64,000 nt of DNA from Octopus vulgaris (taxonomy: Eukaryota), in NCBI GenBank assembly GCA_951406725.2, contig OX597816.1:66278001-66342000 (forward strand), read 5' to 3'. Below, piece after piece: positions 13,101-25,435 of the stretch. A program made the position numbers and the translations under genes. A model generated the notes under the pieces. It had not been told where the DNA came from, did not search any database, and saw only the letters and a program-made list of their open reading frames with translations. How positions within the stretch are numbered: the stretch's first letter is position 1; every line of letters begins with the position of its first letter.

Positions 13101-13953
13101 TGAGGCCAATTGTTTAAAATCTTAATTATGCAGCTTCTCAATTGTCTTTATGTAAGTTATGATGAACCTAATACTCGTTAGTGACTATATGGTGAAAAAA
13201 CAGTAAAGGCAATTGCTGATTTAGATTTTAAAAACAAATGTAGATAAACTATCTTTTTAAAATGTATTTTATGAAAAATCTTTATGAAGTGAGATTTATT
13301 TTAAAGATATTTTGTACTTGTAATAGATACAGCCAAATGAAAAAAAAAAGTGGGATGGAATTTCAATAACATGGAAGATAGTGTTATCAATGCTCATTGC
13401 TTAATAGAATCAAATCTACCAAGCTATTTGTTGTTGCTAATCAACAAGCAATACGATACACTATATTAGAATATGATAGATTTCTGCTCTAACCCTAGCT
13501 TTTGCTCTAACAGAATATATATATAGTTTCGCATAAAATTGTTAATATAAGAAATTAACGATTTTGTTACCATATGTCTGTTAAATTATTCTGACTTTGC
13601 TATAATTAATTTAGAAAATAACTCATTAACTGGGGTTTGGAACATAAATGTAATCTTAATGGAAGGTTTAAATTCATATCACTTTAAAGCAAGGAGTTTG
13701 TATTCTACAACCAAGGCCAGTCTTAAGTGGGTTGGTATCGAAAGGGTTAAATGTAAAATTTATATATCATTCTTTTTTTTCCTTTCAGAAAATTGACCTT
13801 GGAGTACGAAAAGAAGTTGATGTTGCAGTAACTGCGGCTAAAGCTGACCCAGAGCTGCCTATAGAAGAACTATACACACATGTATATAAAAACCCGCCTA
13901 GTGGAATGAAAATACGTGGCTGTGATAATTATTCATACAATGCAACAATGTAG
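1147..13953 (+). CDS. PDHA1: Pyruvate dehydrogenase E1 alpha subunit, 3' part (5 exons; 5' exons lie upstream of the window)
   Basis: Exons 1147-1238, 1652-1900, 8002-8138, 11251-11359 and 13789-13953 join in phase with GT-AG sites. Motifs: GKGGSMH, TPP-binding GDGAANQGQ...ENN, phospho-loop [14 protein letters not shown]. Confidence 0.97.
1652..1900 (+). CDS. PDHA1: PDHA exon (VPLGAG...[10 protein letters not shown]...DYVPGIW)
   Basis: ctag|GTG acceptor, TGG|gtgagt donor, 249 bp, TPP-binding motif. Confidence 0.97.
2183..2730. mobile_element. Non-autonomous piggyBac-type MITE with a nested SINE
   Basis: TTAA|CCCTTTCATTAC ... GTAACAAAAGGG|TTAA; SINE inserted at ~2373-2702. Confidence 0.75.
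2373..2702 (-). mobile_element. SINE family C, (GAT)n-tailed
   Basis: Reverse complement of GAGTGGTTGGCGTTAGGAAGGGCATCC...CCATGCTAGCATGGAAAG...(GAT)n. Confidence 0.85.
5837..6151 (+). pseudogene. Penelope-type GIY-YIG endonuclease fragment (mirror copy at 5488-5835 on the - strand has a 1-nt frameshift)
   Basis: Y.I.C...C...YVGET.R....R..EH motif with downstream E and N catalytic residues; no RT present. Confidence 0.85.
6697..6741 (+). ncRNA. Minimal type I hammerhead-ribozyme-like motif (variant core); identical mirror copy at 4930-4974 (-)
   Basis: GGACCA-CTGATGC-G-GTCACA-GGAG-TGTGAC-GAAAG-AA-CTT-TGGCC; lies sense and downstream of the GIY-YIG ORF. Confidence 0.6.
6929..7057. repeat. Inverted repeat, ~54-bp arms, ~21-bp spacer
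   Basis: AACAATTACAGCGTGGAAAG...CACACAAAAACC pairs with GGTTTTTGTGTG...CTTCCACGCTGCAATTGTT. Confidence 0.9.
7163..7365 (+). mobile_element. Short (TA)n-flanked repeat with a decayed minimal hammerhead (7233-7267); probable PLE pLTR fragment
   Basis: TTT-CTGACGA-A-GAG-CTCCA-CTC-AAAA-CG-TT-AAA; TA arrays on both sides. Confidence 0.55.
8002..8138 (+). CDS. PDHA1: PDHA exon ([12 protein letters not shown]...[13 protein letters not shown])
   Basis: acag|GTT acceptor, AAG|gttgga donor; contains regulatory phosphoserine site 1. Confidence 0.96.
8500..8610 (-). mobile_element. CR1/L2-like LINE 3' remnant
   Basis: Peptide [16 protein letters not shown] matches the RV...WN.LP..VV C-terminal motif of CR1-group ORF2. 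Confidence 0.55.
9306..9558 (+). mobile_element. SINE family C
   Basis: Same body and (GAT)n tail as copies at 11615-11920, 18960-19213, 20310-20613, 34425-34942, 58380-58794 (+) and 39359-39740 (-). Confidence 0.85.
9691..10230 (-). mobile_element. Internally deleted mariner transposon inserted in a family A SINE
   Basis: TA target duplication; TIRs GGTTGTCCGGAAAGTT / AACTTTCCGGACAACC. The - strand encodes [19 protein letters not shown]...VQKWFVRF*...RSGRP (mariner N-terminal HTH, with a stop). Confidence 0.9.
10650..11162. mobile_element. Non-autonomous piggyBac-type element
   Basis: TTAA|CCCCTTGACGCCGGT ... ACCGTTGTCAAGGGG|TTAA; splits the TTAA in a SINE tail. Confidence 0.85.
11251..11359 (+). 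CDS. PDHA1: PDHA exon ([36 protein letters not shown])
   Basis: atag|T acceptor completes the split Ser codon AG|T; AAG|gtaagt donor. Too short for the ORF track; translated by hand. Confidence 0.95.
12437..12813 (-). mobile_element. tRNA-derived CORE-type SINE, family B
   Basis: Head GTAGGAGTGGATGTGTGGTAA, CACCTTGGGCA core; copies at 17287-17665 (-), 22400-22970 (-), 25290-25620 (+), 44756-45130 (+), 49737-50135 (+), 60480-60820 (-). Confidence 0.85.
13559..13746. mobile_element. Degenerate piggyBac-type MITE related to 2183-2730, in opposite orientation
   Basis: Ends GGTTGGTATCGAAAGGG|TTAA; decayed left end TTAA|CGATTTTGTTACC. Confidence 0.5.
13789..13953 (+). CDS. PDHA1: PDHA last coding exon ([11 protein letters not shown]...YSYNATM*)
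   Basis: Polypyrimidine tract plus cag|AAA; TAG stop at 13951-13953. Confidence 0.94.
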   Translation, partial: KIDLGVRKEVDVAVTAAKADPELPIEELYTHVYKNPPSGMKIRGCDNYSYNATM

Positions 13954-16911
13954 AAAATGTAGCTTGTTTTCCACTCCCATTGAGAAAGAAGGAAGGCCAT
14001 GAATCAAAATATTGGTCCTTGTCATCAAGAAACACTAGGCTTTGAAATATAACTTAAATCATCTTCAGTTGACCTCTAAGATAAGAAGGTGGACTACATA
14101 ATACGTAATTTTGAGATTAAACAATTTTCTTGGGGTATATCTGAAATTGTGTTTTTATCCAATTCTTTTAGTTGGACTTTTCCCTTTTTAGAATTTTTAA
14201 AAAAGAGCTTACTTTTTGTCTTGTCTACACAAGCAAGCATGAAAAAAATGAATATTTGTTGCAGATATTTTGTACAGCTGGATTCCCTTCCATGTTGCTA
14301 ACAATTTGGTTAGGAAGAAAGAATTAGAACTGTTTTTATATTCGTTAGGCAAGGAAAAGTGAGTAAATTGTCCTTTTCTAATATTGATGTTTGTATATCT
14401 GACCAAGTTTTTTAAAATAATAGCTGGTTGTTTTGTTTTCTCTGCCAATTATTGATTTTATGTTGAAGTAAAAAAATTGGAAAAAGCTCTGCTAATATGA
14501 TTTATCGTTTAAAGATTGTACCCTAGTGGTTGACCTCCATTTAAATTAGTCAAGTTCAGTTGTATAAACAAAAGAATCCAAATATTTTAACATTTCCCTC
14601 ACCAAGTCAGACACACTTCACATTTCTAATCGACTGCTTTGAATATGTTACTTTAGCTGATAGAATTTAGTTAAGAAAAAGAATGAACACAGATTGTATG
14701 AAAATAGCTTTATTGCTAGAACTTTTAATATGTACAATTTTACATCACAGTCAGTGTCTATTTGTTTCAATAGGAACTGATAAATATACAAAGCAATACA
14801 CTTCTTCTAAACAGAATAAACTATGCCAGTGTGATTACTATTATTAGTTTCTAGGACATATTTAAATATTCTAGAGGACACATCTGTTATTTGGCTCTTT
14901 TTTGTTGTTTTTTTTAATTCTAGCACCTCCATTATTTCATTCAATTAAACAGCTTTACTAATGAAAGCAAATCAATACCCAGTAGTTTAAAAAACCTTAA
15001 GCAACTTACCTAATTAGTGTGGCATTAGAAGAAATATTTAAATATCTAAATAACAAAATATTTAATTACAAAATACTCAGCCATAAACATGGAGATCTTA
15101 CAAGTGATGCAACACTGAATCGCTCATTCTGTAACTCAAATCCATTTAACAGGTTTAATTGATGGTCAAAATTGCTTCTATAGAATGCAATGAAATTTTT
15201 CAATGCGTTCAGATTTCAAAGGTTTTTAATGATACCAATTAAGAGAGGAAGGTATATTGCTACATATAAATATTGACTTCTAACATAAGCAGAGGGCCAT
15301 ACATTTTAGAGGTGGATAGAATAGATTAAATCAACTTTAGAACTTAACGAATAATTTGTTTCACGAACCCAGAAAGGTGAAGTTGACCTCAGCAGGATTT
15401 GAACTCAGAATGTGAAAGGCTGTAAATATGCCACAAGACAATTTAGCTAATGCTCAGATAACGACATTTCTATTTCTTAAATGAAATTACAGTTACTTAG
15501 AGAGAATTGTGCACTCCAAGTACTATAGCAATAACTAAGAAAGCTTAACAGTTTGTGATAGCTTTTTGATAAACTCACTTGAAACTTGTACATATAGTCT
15601 TGACAGTTTCATTAAATGTGTATTTGCTTTGCTACTAATCTGTTTATTGTGACACTTGTTAGTGAATAACAAAGGATAATAGCAATTTAACTTACTCACA
15701 GCACACTTCTTTTATTTTCAAATCTCAATTCTTTTTACATTAACCATATATATATGGTTTGAAAGCAAATATTATGTAACGCACACACTTATCACAGTTA
15801 CAGCCAACTCTGTACAGTTTTAATCCAGTTTGTTTTTTTATCTCTCTCTGCATGGAGAACCACATCTGGTGACTTCTTACATTTGCATAGATGAGAGCTT
15901 TGAACTCACATTAGCTGATCAGAAAATGTATCTATGGATTCTTGAGTCAGTATATCAAATTGAAACTAATTTGGTGTGCAAACACAACAAACCAGTTTAT
16001 AAATATACATATCTTCACATATATATACATATATACAATAAAGACAACAGTTTGAAGAATATATAACAGAAATAGTAACTAACCAGAAACGTATTCTTTT
16101 GGTAACGGTCTATCACATGAGCTATGAAATAATATCGTTCTACAGATCATGCTATCATTATTTGCATCAGTCTCACTCCACATTCAGTCTTGATAAATAC
16201 TGAAAAATTATTTGTTTACAAACTCTTACAATAACATACTTAAATTAATAATCAACTAAAAGTGAAATGCTCTTTTATAGTCCTCACAGAAAAGATTTCC
16301 AGAAACTGAAATTTCTTAAATAAAAAAAAAAAAAGTAAAGTCACATGTAATAGTTAATTCAAAAATTAATTTACAGCTTCACCATGAATGAAATATCTCT
16401 TATTTAACATATATTTACAAGGAGACATCTCATGGTTAAAGTTGTATCAACTTTTGTGATATGAACCAATTGTGAAAGGCATATTTATCCCAGTCTTTAT
16501 GAGAGATAACTGCAATTCACTTATTTTAAAAATGATTTGTGATTTCTCTTTCAAGGTGGGCTGGGAGCAAGAAGAGTTGGAGGGTGTCTCTCCTTTTACT
16601 AGCACCTGTCGTTTCTCTTTGGATTGACAGATAATGCTAATCTGCATGTGAATATAAACAATTTTGTATGTTGTTATGTGTATAAACAGGCACGATGGTA
16701 GATTAAACTCAACAAACTACAGCATTTCCTGAAGATTTGCTTTGGTTCTGTTGCAGCCAATTTTTCAGTTCCTTCCAATATAAGTATATTCCTCAAGGAC
16801 AAGAACTAATTTAAATGTATTTTCATTTGGTGAAATGTAAAAGGTTCAATTTTCATTTCCAAGTCCCAACCGATGAGAACTTTAGGTACAGATTTTAGTG
16901 TCAGATGGTGG

Positions 16912-17004
16912 TTAGTCAACATAATCTGTTAACATAGTGTCTTGAGTAAGGGTTTGCTGTATTTCTTCATGAAGTCCCAGAGCATAAAGAATTTGCTGTG
17001 AGAC
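16912..17004 (-). CDS. VPS13D: VPS13D last coding exon (VSQQILYALGLHEEIQQTL...YVD*)
   Basis: Poly-T tract plus aacag| acceptor; TAA stop at 16914-16912. Confidence 0.88.
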   Translation of the reverse strand, partial: VSQQILYALGLHEEIQQTLTQDTMLTDYVD

Positions 17005-20000
17005 CTGTTAAAAAAAAAAAAAAATCAAGTTATTTTGTTACCATAAAGTCAAAAGAAATATTCAACTTGATGAAAATGAAGCTTCTTCCATTTCTAGTAT
17101 AAGCAACTGGGATTATTTCCAAGACAAAAAAAAAATGCTATTTATTTTTTCTTTTAATAATTCAAACAAAACTAGCAATTATGTTGCCATACTTCAGAGA
17201 ACACTCAACTTGAATAGACAAAATAGAATATTCCTCAGACAAGAAAATTACTGTCATGCAAGATCAGATTTCAGGAAATGATACATACTCTTCTACTTGT
17301 TTCAGTCATTTGACTGTGGCCATGCTGGAGCACTGCCTTTAGTCGAGCAAATCGACCCCAGGACTTATTCTTTGTAAGCCTAGTACTTATTCTATTGCCA
17401 AACCGTTAAGTTACAGGGACGTAAACACAACAGCATCAGTTGTCAAGTGATGTTGTGGGGATAAACACAGACACAAATATATACACACACATATACATAC
17501 GACGGGTTTCTTTCAGTTTCCGTCTACCAAATCCACTCACAAGGCTTTGGTTGGCCTGAGGCTATAGTAGAAGACACTTGCCCAAGGTGCCATACTGTGG
17601 GACTGAACCCGGAACTATGTGGTTCGTAAGCAAGCTATTTACCACACAGCCATTCCTATGCCTATAGTAACAATATTAACCTAAAATCTATCATTTGTGA
17701 TAATCATCATCATTTTAATGTCCAGTTTTCAATGCTTGAATGATGCACGGGTCAGAACGAACTCAATGAGGCAGATTTTCTATGGCCAGATGGCCCCGCC
17801 TGTTTCCAAAGCAAGGTAACAATTCCCAAGTCTATTGAACAAATAAACAGCCCGGTCATAAGTTACCAGCCTCTTGTTTATAAAGCTCATGCAACATGTT
17901 AAGAAACTGGGATGCTTTCATGGTTGACTAAGCATACGAAACACCTGTATTCAATAGCGAGGCTATTGATTTTTGTTTACAGAAACAAAGCATGTGAGGC
18001 AGACAAGGAGAAATCAAACACAGACACACACATATATATATGTATGTATGTATAGACACACACATAAAAGGCTTCTTCACTTCTTGTCTGACTTACAAGG
18101 TATGATCAACCTATGATTTTAGTTTATGTAGGGGGACCTAACCCCTAATCATGTGGTTCTGAAGTGTGCACTAATGTAAAAATTTGTTATTTATTCAGAA
18201 TGTATCTTAATCTTTCAGTTCTTAGGTTGCCCACAAGAGAAACAACTATGTGATTATTCTGAGAGTAGTGTTTTTTTCAACTAATTTACATAAGTGAGCT
18301 GGTTTTGATTTCATTAGCAGTTGTTTAAGATCTCTTATGCAAATACCATTTAGAAATGGAACAAAAATACTTAAGTATTGAATGGCATTAAAGACTGAGG
18401 CTCAACTCCAGTTGTGTAAAAAGAAGTGGATTAGTAATATATTTACCTATTTCTTTACTACCCACAAGGGGCTAAACACAGAGAGGACAAACAAAGGGAT
18501 TAAGTCAATTACATCGACCCCAGTGCATAACTGGTACTTAATTTATCGACCCCGAAAGGATGAAAGGCAAAGCCAACCTCGGCGGAATTTGAACTCAGAA
18601 CGTAGCAGCCGACGAAATACCTATTTCTTTACTATCCACAAGGGGCTAAACACAGAGGGGACAAACAAGGACAGACAAAGGGATTAAGTCGATTACATCA
18701 ACCCCAGTGCGTAACTGGTACTTAATTTATCGGCAGAATTTGAACTCAGAACGTAATGGCAGATGAAATACGGCTATGCATTTTTCCCAGCGTGCTAACG
18801 TTTCTGCCAGCTCACTGCCTTGTGGAGTAGTAATATATTTACCTTCTGCATTGTACGTTGGTCTATCACATAAAATTCCCTGATGATCTGGTACCCAATG
18901 AATTGGTGAACTGAGGCAATCTCACCTCTTGCTACAGTCATAAACCGACTGCCGGTGACGCCTGGCTGGCGTCGGTGTCACGTAAAAGCACCTATCGATC
19001 ATGGCCATTTGCCAGCTTGCTCTGGCCCTTGTGCCGGTGGCACATAAGAAACACCCACTACACTCACGGAGTGGTTGGTGTTAGGAAGAGCATCCAGCTG
19101 TAGAAACACTGCCAAATCAGACTAGAGCCTGGTGCAGCCTCCATGGCTTCCAGACCCCGGTCGAACCATCCAATCCATGCTAGCATGGAAAACGGACGTT
19201 AAATGATGATGATCTTACAGTTTATTTTTAGTTACTGTCTTCTGGATAACACACAGTTCTAAGAAGTTACACTCTGAAACTGAATACTGAAGAAACAGTG
19301 CTGTAGCTGACTCATTATCATTAACTTTATGAATTTCTTGAGGACTTCGTTAGACCAATTCATTTAAATTTAGCCTACATCAAAAACCAAGTGTTGTAAT
19401 GGTGACAATGTCAGTAAAATTTATTAAAATTTAAGAATAGATTTAGCTCAAATGGTCTTATTTTCAGCTACTATAACAGAGCTTTTAATGTGTATACCGA
19501 GTGAACACTGAAATCAAACTTACCCTTTGAGCAATTGCAAAACTGTCACATCGTATATAGGGAGGAGCTTTGATTGAATTCTTCTTGACAAATTTCACAT
19601 AGTAGTTGTCATCTACAAATAAAAAAGTTTATTATTTGATATTCAGCATATCCATTATAAATTGCATTAGCTTGATAATTCTCATATGTTCAATATAAAA
19701 GAGATGGGGAGTCCAGATCTCAGGATGCTGAGTTTTACAGATAAGATAAAAATCAAAGAAAATAGAGATAAACAACAGACCTGTCCTGCTCATGTGAGCA
19801 TAAAAATAAGATGTTAAAATGCTGATGACAACCAATAGAAAACACCTTGAATTGGAGACAACTTTTAAATAAAGAAGTTTTGCTTGTGATAGAGATACTA
19901 TAAAACATAGTAAATTAGACCTTTAGATAGGTCTACCTATTACAGGTCTAGATAACCCACAAAGACATAAAATATGTGTGGTAGGTTGGCCTCAGAAGAA

Positions 20001-22768
20001 AAATATAGTTCAGGTCCACAGAATCATAATATAAATATATATATATTTTTTTATGTTGGAATCTTAGACAAGACACTGCACTTGCTCTAGTTTATCCAAC
20101 TTAGCAAAGAGTTGGAATTAACTGGTATAACTATAAAGATTAGGCATATCATGATCTTCGAGCTCCGTTTAAATCTTTCCAGTAAGAACACCACCAAGAA
20201 AGTAAAATATTTTCTTTTTGTTTCAATAAAATGTTCAATAGCAGTATATGAGGCAGTGTCAGTTCAACTGTACAAAGTTAATAGGATGTTCTCCGTGCTT
20301 TGGGGACGTAACAAACACCATCCGATCGTGGCCGTCCGCCAGCCTCGTCTGGCACCTGTGTCGGTGGCACATAAAAAACACCATCCGAGCGTGGCCGTTC
20401 GCCAGCCTCGTCTGGCACCTGTGTCGGTGGCACATAAAATCACCCACTACACTCTCGGAGTGGTTGGCGTTAGGAAGGGCATCCAGCTGTAGAAACACTG
20501 CCAGATCTGACTGGCCTGGTGCAGCCTTCGGGCTCCCCAGACCCCAGTTGAACCGTCCAACCCATGCTAGCATGGAAAACGGACGCTAAATGATGATGAT
20601 GATGATGATGATGAAGTTTTGTAGTTTTGAGTCAAACCAGCAAATTAGATGCCAAATCATTATGCTTTCAACATTTAATCTGTTTTCCACAAAGAAAAAT
20701 AAAATAACTAAAAGGTGGAATTTTGCAAGCAATCATTGTATAACAGATACAATAGTTAACTTGTTCCAAAACATAAACATGGTTCAAATTGGAATAAAGT
20801 TATACTAATAATACAAGAATGATAATTAAACAATACAGATATAAGTCAACAGAAAATACATACTTTTAGAAACAGGCATACAAAATTGGATATCCCGATG
20901 GTCAATCTTATAATCAACGCTCTGATGGTCAGAAGTTTTATCACACATGAGAAAGTAGACTTTTTTGTTTGTGATGAGGGCACACCACTGTCGACTGCTG
21001 TCTTTACGGACTTGCTCCCAAGCAATGAAACTGGAAAAGATGGTATTAGGTAGAGACATCAAAAATAAAATATTGTGTAAGAAGATATGAGGTACAACTG
21101 ACTAAAGATAAACACAGCAAATAATAATTTAATGCTGATTTCATACTCATGGTCTCAATCTCCTCGACTTCCCTCATAGGTGTCATCTACATGTGACCTT
21201 GACAACTCATGCCTAACTTGCCCTGAATAGAGACCAGCAAAATATCCTCTAATGTGTATGGGATAATTTAGTTTCTTTCAACAGAGCGAGACAGTCATTA
21301 CACATTAAGGAAATGATCTTATACTATGCTCTTACTACACATAAACACAGCAAAAATTAAAAAAATTGCAACAAATGTCAGTTCTTACTATTTCTGATAC
21401 CTTATGGCAACCTCCCTCTTTCACTCACATAAATGCACTCCACACTCCACTTAATAATAATAACGAAAAGCATGTTTGAAAGTACATCAGCTCTATGCAG
21501 GTTGTCGACACTCTTCATTAGAGTACATCTCATATCAGTGTCGGTGTGCTTGTTACTACGACTACATGCTGATAATGTGACAATCACCAACCCATAGACA
21601 TACTGTTTCTTTTACTTCTGCTCCTCTAATCTAGCAAGCTGCACATAAAGCCCACTTCTCTTCTTGTCAATACTGACTCACACAACATATTTTCTTCAAA
21701 CTTTTTCCTTCAGAACTGCATATGATCTTTCATGATTTTATTCTCATATTTTTCTTACATTTAACCTATAAACCAATGGGGGGAGCCTCTAGTCATTGCA
21801 TAAGTGAGAAATAGTATCAAAATCTCCCTCAACTCATACCTTAAAAAAAAAAGGAAGGATACACTGTATGATATATGTAGTCCTAGATATACGAGGGGCA
21901 TTCAATAAGTAATGCCCCTGACCCACTTCCCATAGCAGTAGAGCAACGAAACTTGGCACAGTTATTAGTCTTTTTCTACACAGAAACCACCCAGAGTTAC
22001 GCATTTCTCCCATCGTTTGATGCAGCTCTGGAGACCGTTTTTGTAGAAGACCCCAGCTTAGTCCTCCAACCACGACATGACTTCAGAAATCAAGGCTGCA
22101 TCATCTGGGAAACACTTTCCTTTCAAAAACAACTTCATGGCTGGGAAGAGGTGAAAATCAGAGGGTGCAAGGTCAGGAGAGTGGGGGGGATGGGGGAGGA
22201 GTTCATAGCCGCACGCCTGTGCTTCTGATCTGGCGACACGCAAGTTGTGGACCGGAGCGTTGTCCTGCAGGAGGAGGATGCCTTTGCTGATCTTGCCCCA
22301 CCTCTTGATTTTGATAGCTTCTCTTAATTTCCTCAAAAGTGAAGCATAATAGGTTCCTGTAATTGTGGTACCCTTTGCCAGGAAATCTGTCATCACTACT
22401 CCGAGGCTATAGTAGAAGACACTTGCCCAAGGTGCCACGCATTGGGACTGAACCTGGAACCATGTGGTTGGTAAGCAAGCTACTTACCACTCCTGTGCCT
22501 ATATTCCATGCGTGGAATAAAAATACATTTATCCTTTATTTGTTTCAATCAGTGGACTGTAGCAATGCTGGGGTATTGCCTTGAAGGGTTTTTAATCAAA
22601 CAAATTAATACCAGTATTTATTATTGTTTTTAAAGTCCAGTACTAATTCTATCAGTCTCCTTTACTTCTTGGGTTTAATTCAAATTTGTAATGAAACCTA
22701 AAAATAAACATTTACAGGGATGTGAACAAACTAATGCCAATAGTCAAGCAGTGGTGGGGGATACACAT

Positions 22769-22808
<40 letters not shown>

Positions 22809-25384
22809 ATGATGGTCTTCTTTGAGTTTCCATCAGCCAGATTCACTCAAAAGGCTTTGGTTGGCCCAGGGCTATAGTAGAAGATAGTTGTCCTGGTACA
22901 CAGTGGGACTGAACCTGAAACCATGAGGTTGGAAAGTAAACTTGTTACCATACAGCCATGCCTGCACCTCAGGTATTGAATAAAATGTAAAACAAATGCC
23001 TATAAAATCTGTTTGTAAAAGAGCTTTGGAGATAAAAAGTAATACCCAGCATGAGGGTAGGCCCATCGCCCATCAATCCAGAAGTTTCCTTCACCTTGTC
23101 TTTGAGGCAAATCCACCATTCACCACCAAATATCCAGGCCTGTTGCAACTTCACTATATTACTCATTTTTGCTAATTGACTGGACTAGAGCAATGTGAAA
23201 CCAAGTGTTTTGTCAAGAAGACAATGCATCACAGAGCCCAGGAATCAAAACCACAATCTTATGATCACAAGTCCAATACCCTAACCACTAAGCCATGCAC
23301 CTCTACAGCTCTGAGGGATAAAAAAATGGTGTGATATGAAATACTCATGAAAAGATGTAAATAATACTCACAATTCATCAAAATGGTTGCTGTTGAGAAG
23401 GTGGATGTTTCTTTGTTGTTTAGCATGGTTAACATTATAGTTTGGTAGGAGACCACCCAGTCCATGACAGCAACGTGGCTCACGAATTCGAACCTGGATC
23501 TTGTAAGATCGTCGACTTGTCTCCCGCGCAGCAGTAGCAGCAGCTGTGGCAAAGTCCAGTACTCCAGTGACAGGCTTGATTACAGTGCCAACTAATCCTT
23601 TACTCAAACCAGTGAAAAACCCCTTCAAGAAACAGTTGATAGAAAATGAGCTTAAGAGGGTTTTCTGTTTTAATTCTCTTTTAAGTAGTTTTTATTTATC
23701 TTAAATTTTTGCTTTCTTTTTACAAGTTTTAATTAACTTCAATTTTTATTAATTTATACCATAAATATACAATACAGACAGAGGCCTACACAAAGTAACT
23801 TTGGAAGTAACTTCAAAGTGACACATACAACTATCTATATCCATTTTATGTGTGTGTGTCTCTTCAATAATAAGATCACTGATTGGAAATTACTAGATTA
23901 ATTAGTATATAATGCAATAGCAATAAATAGTTAGATAAATAACAATATTAATTACTATACTTTATAGTAATAATTGACTAGATTAATACTTACTCCAAAA
24001 CCATCATCTCGTGTCCCTTCATATGTTTGGTTGACAACACTCGTCAAACCACCGACAAGTCCAATTACCAGACTTTTGCAACCAGCTTTCAGATGGTCAG
24101 AAGAATGACCAGTGGAACGTTCTGAAAGTATCTGGGTTCGTTTCTTCAAATGCTTCTCATCCATAGCTGCTATAGTCAATCCATCAGATAAGGAGCTGGT
24201 CACCTACAGATTTAGGGAGATTAAGAAAATGCTTAAAAATAAAGTTTAAATCTGGTGACAGTAACGATACTATTTATCTCACATGCAGTGTTGTTATATA
24301 AAATGAATTATCCACCCTTTCTACAATAAGAGGTATCCTTTAATGGTGATTAGCCCTACTTATTTCTGGTGGGAGAGGGGGGAGGGCAATCATTTATATC
24401 CATCCTGTAACTTTAACTGATGCTTATTGATCTCACAAAAATGAAAGTCAAAGCTGACCTTAAGTAATAGGCTTAGCAGTTAAATTTTTTTTTAATGAAG
24501 CCATGTCAGATGGCAGTTAACTTCAGTGTAGCTGCCCCCCCCCCCCTAAAAAAAAAAGATCCCAAGATAAGGTCCTACTTCTGGCCTAGGAAATAACAGT
24601 AAAAATAATAAAAATAGGTTTTGCAAAAAGAAAAAAAAAGTTTTAAAAAAAGTAAGACTCTGACCTTGGCAGTAGAGTTTGACACACCATGAGTGACATT
24701 TTTCAGCAGTCCACCAAAATTACCATCTTTGATGAGGCCTGAAATACCTTCAGTGAAGTCATTGAACAAACCAAGAGGATTCCCTAGAAAGTCTATAGAA
24801 CCCAAGATCTTGGCAGCTTGACTTTTCAGTTCCTGCAAGGAAGTTACAGACAGATATGGTATTTTATATTGAACAGCTTTGGTTTACTCAACATTATTAA
24901 TTCCACATTATTGCTGAAGTCATAAGAATTTATAAACAGTCAAGAGAATGTAGAAGAATTTTTTTTTCTTTTTCTTTTTTTTTTAAATTGGATCTTGATG
25001 TACATATAAAACAGTTAACAACAGCAGGTAAATATTGGGTGGGAAAACCCTTTTGGATAGAGAAAGTTGAAAACCATCTGTTTTCATATTTTTACAGTCA
25101 GTAACATAAAAAACACAATTGAGCAACAATAATAACACCTTTATAATTTGCCCCTAGTAGTAAAGAGGGACCATACAAGCATATTAGAGAGCTTATATGT
25201 AATTATTCTACTTCAAATCATAACCCTACTGTCCTCTAAAAGAGTACATAGGATAATGTAGACATTATACTTTGAAGATAAAAAATAGGTGGCATCTTGG
25301 GCAAGTATCTTCTACTATAGCTTCGGGCCGACCAAAGCCTTGTGAGTGGATTTGGTAGATGGAAACTGAAAGAAGCCCGTCACA

Positions 25385-25435
<51 letters not shown>

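Noticed and set aside
20310-20450. Direct ~62-bp repeats resembling a CRISPR-like array
   Set aside because: These are internal tandem subunits of SINE family C with no unique spacers, in a eukaryotic context.
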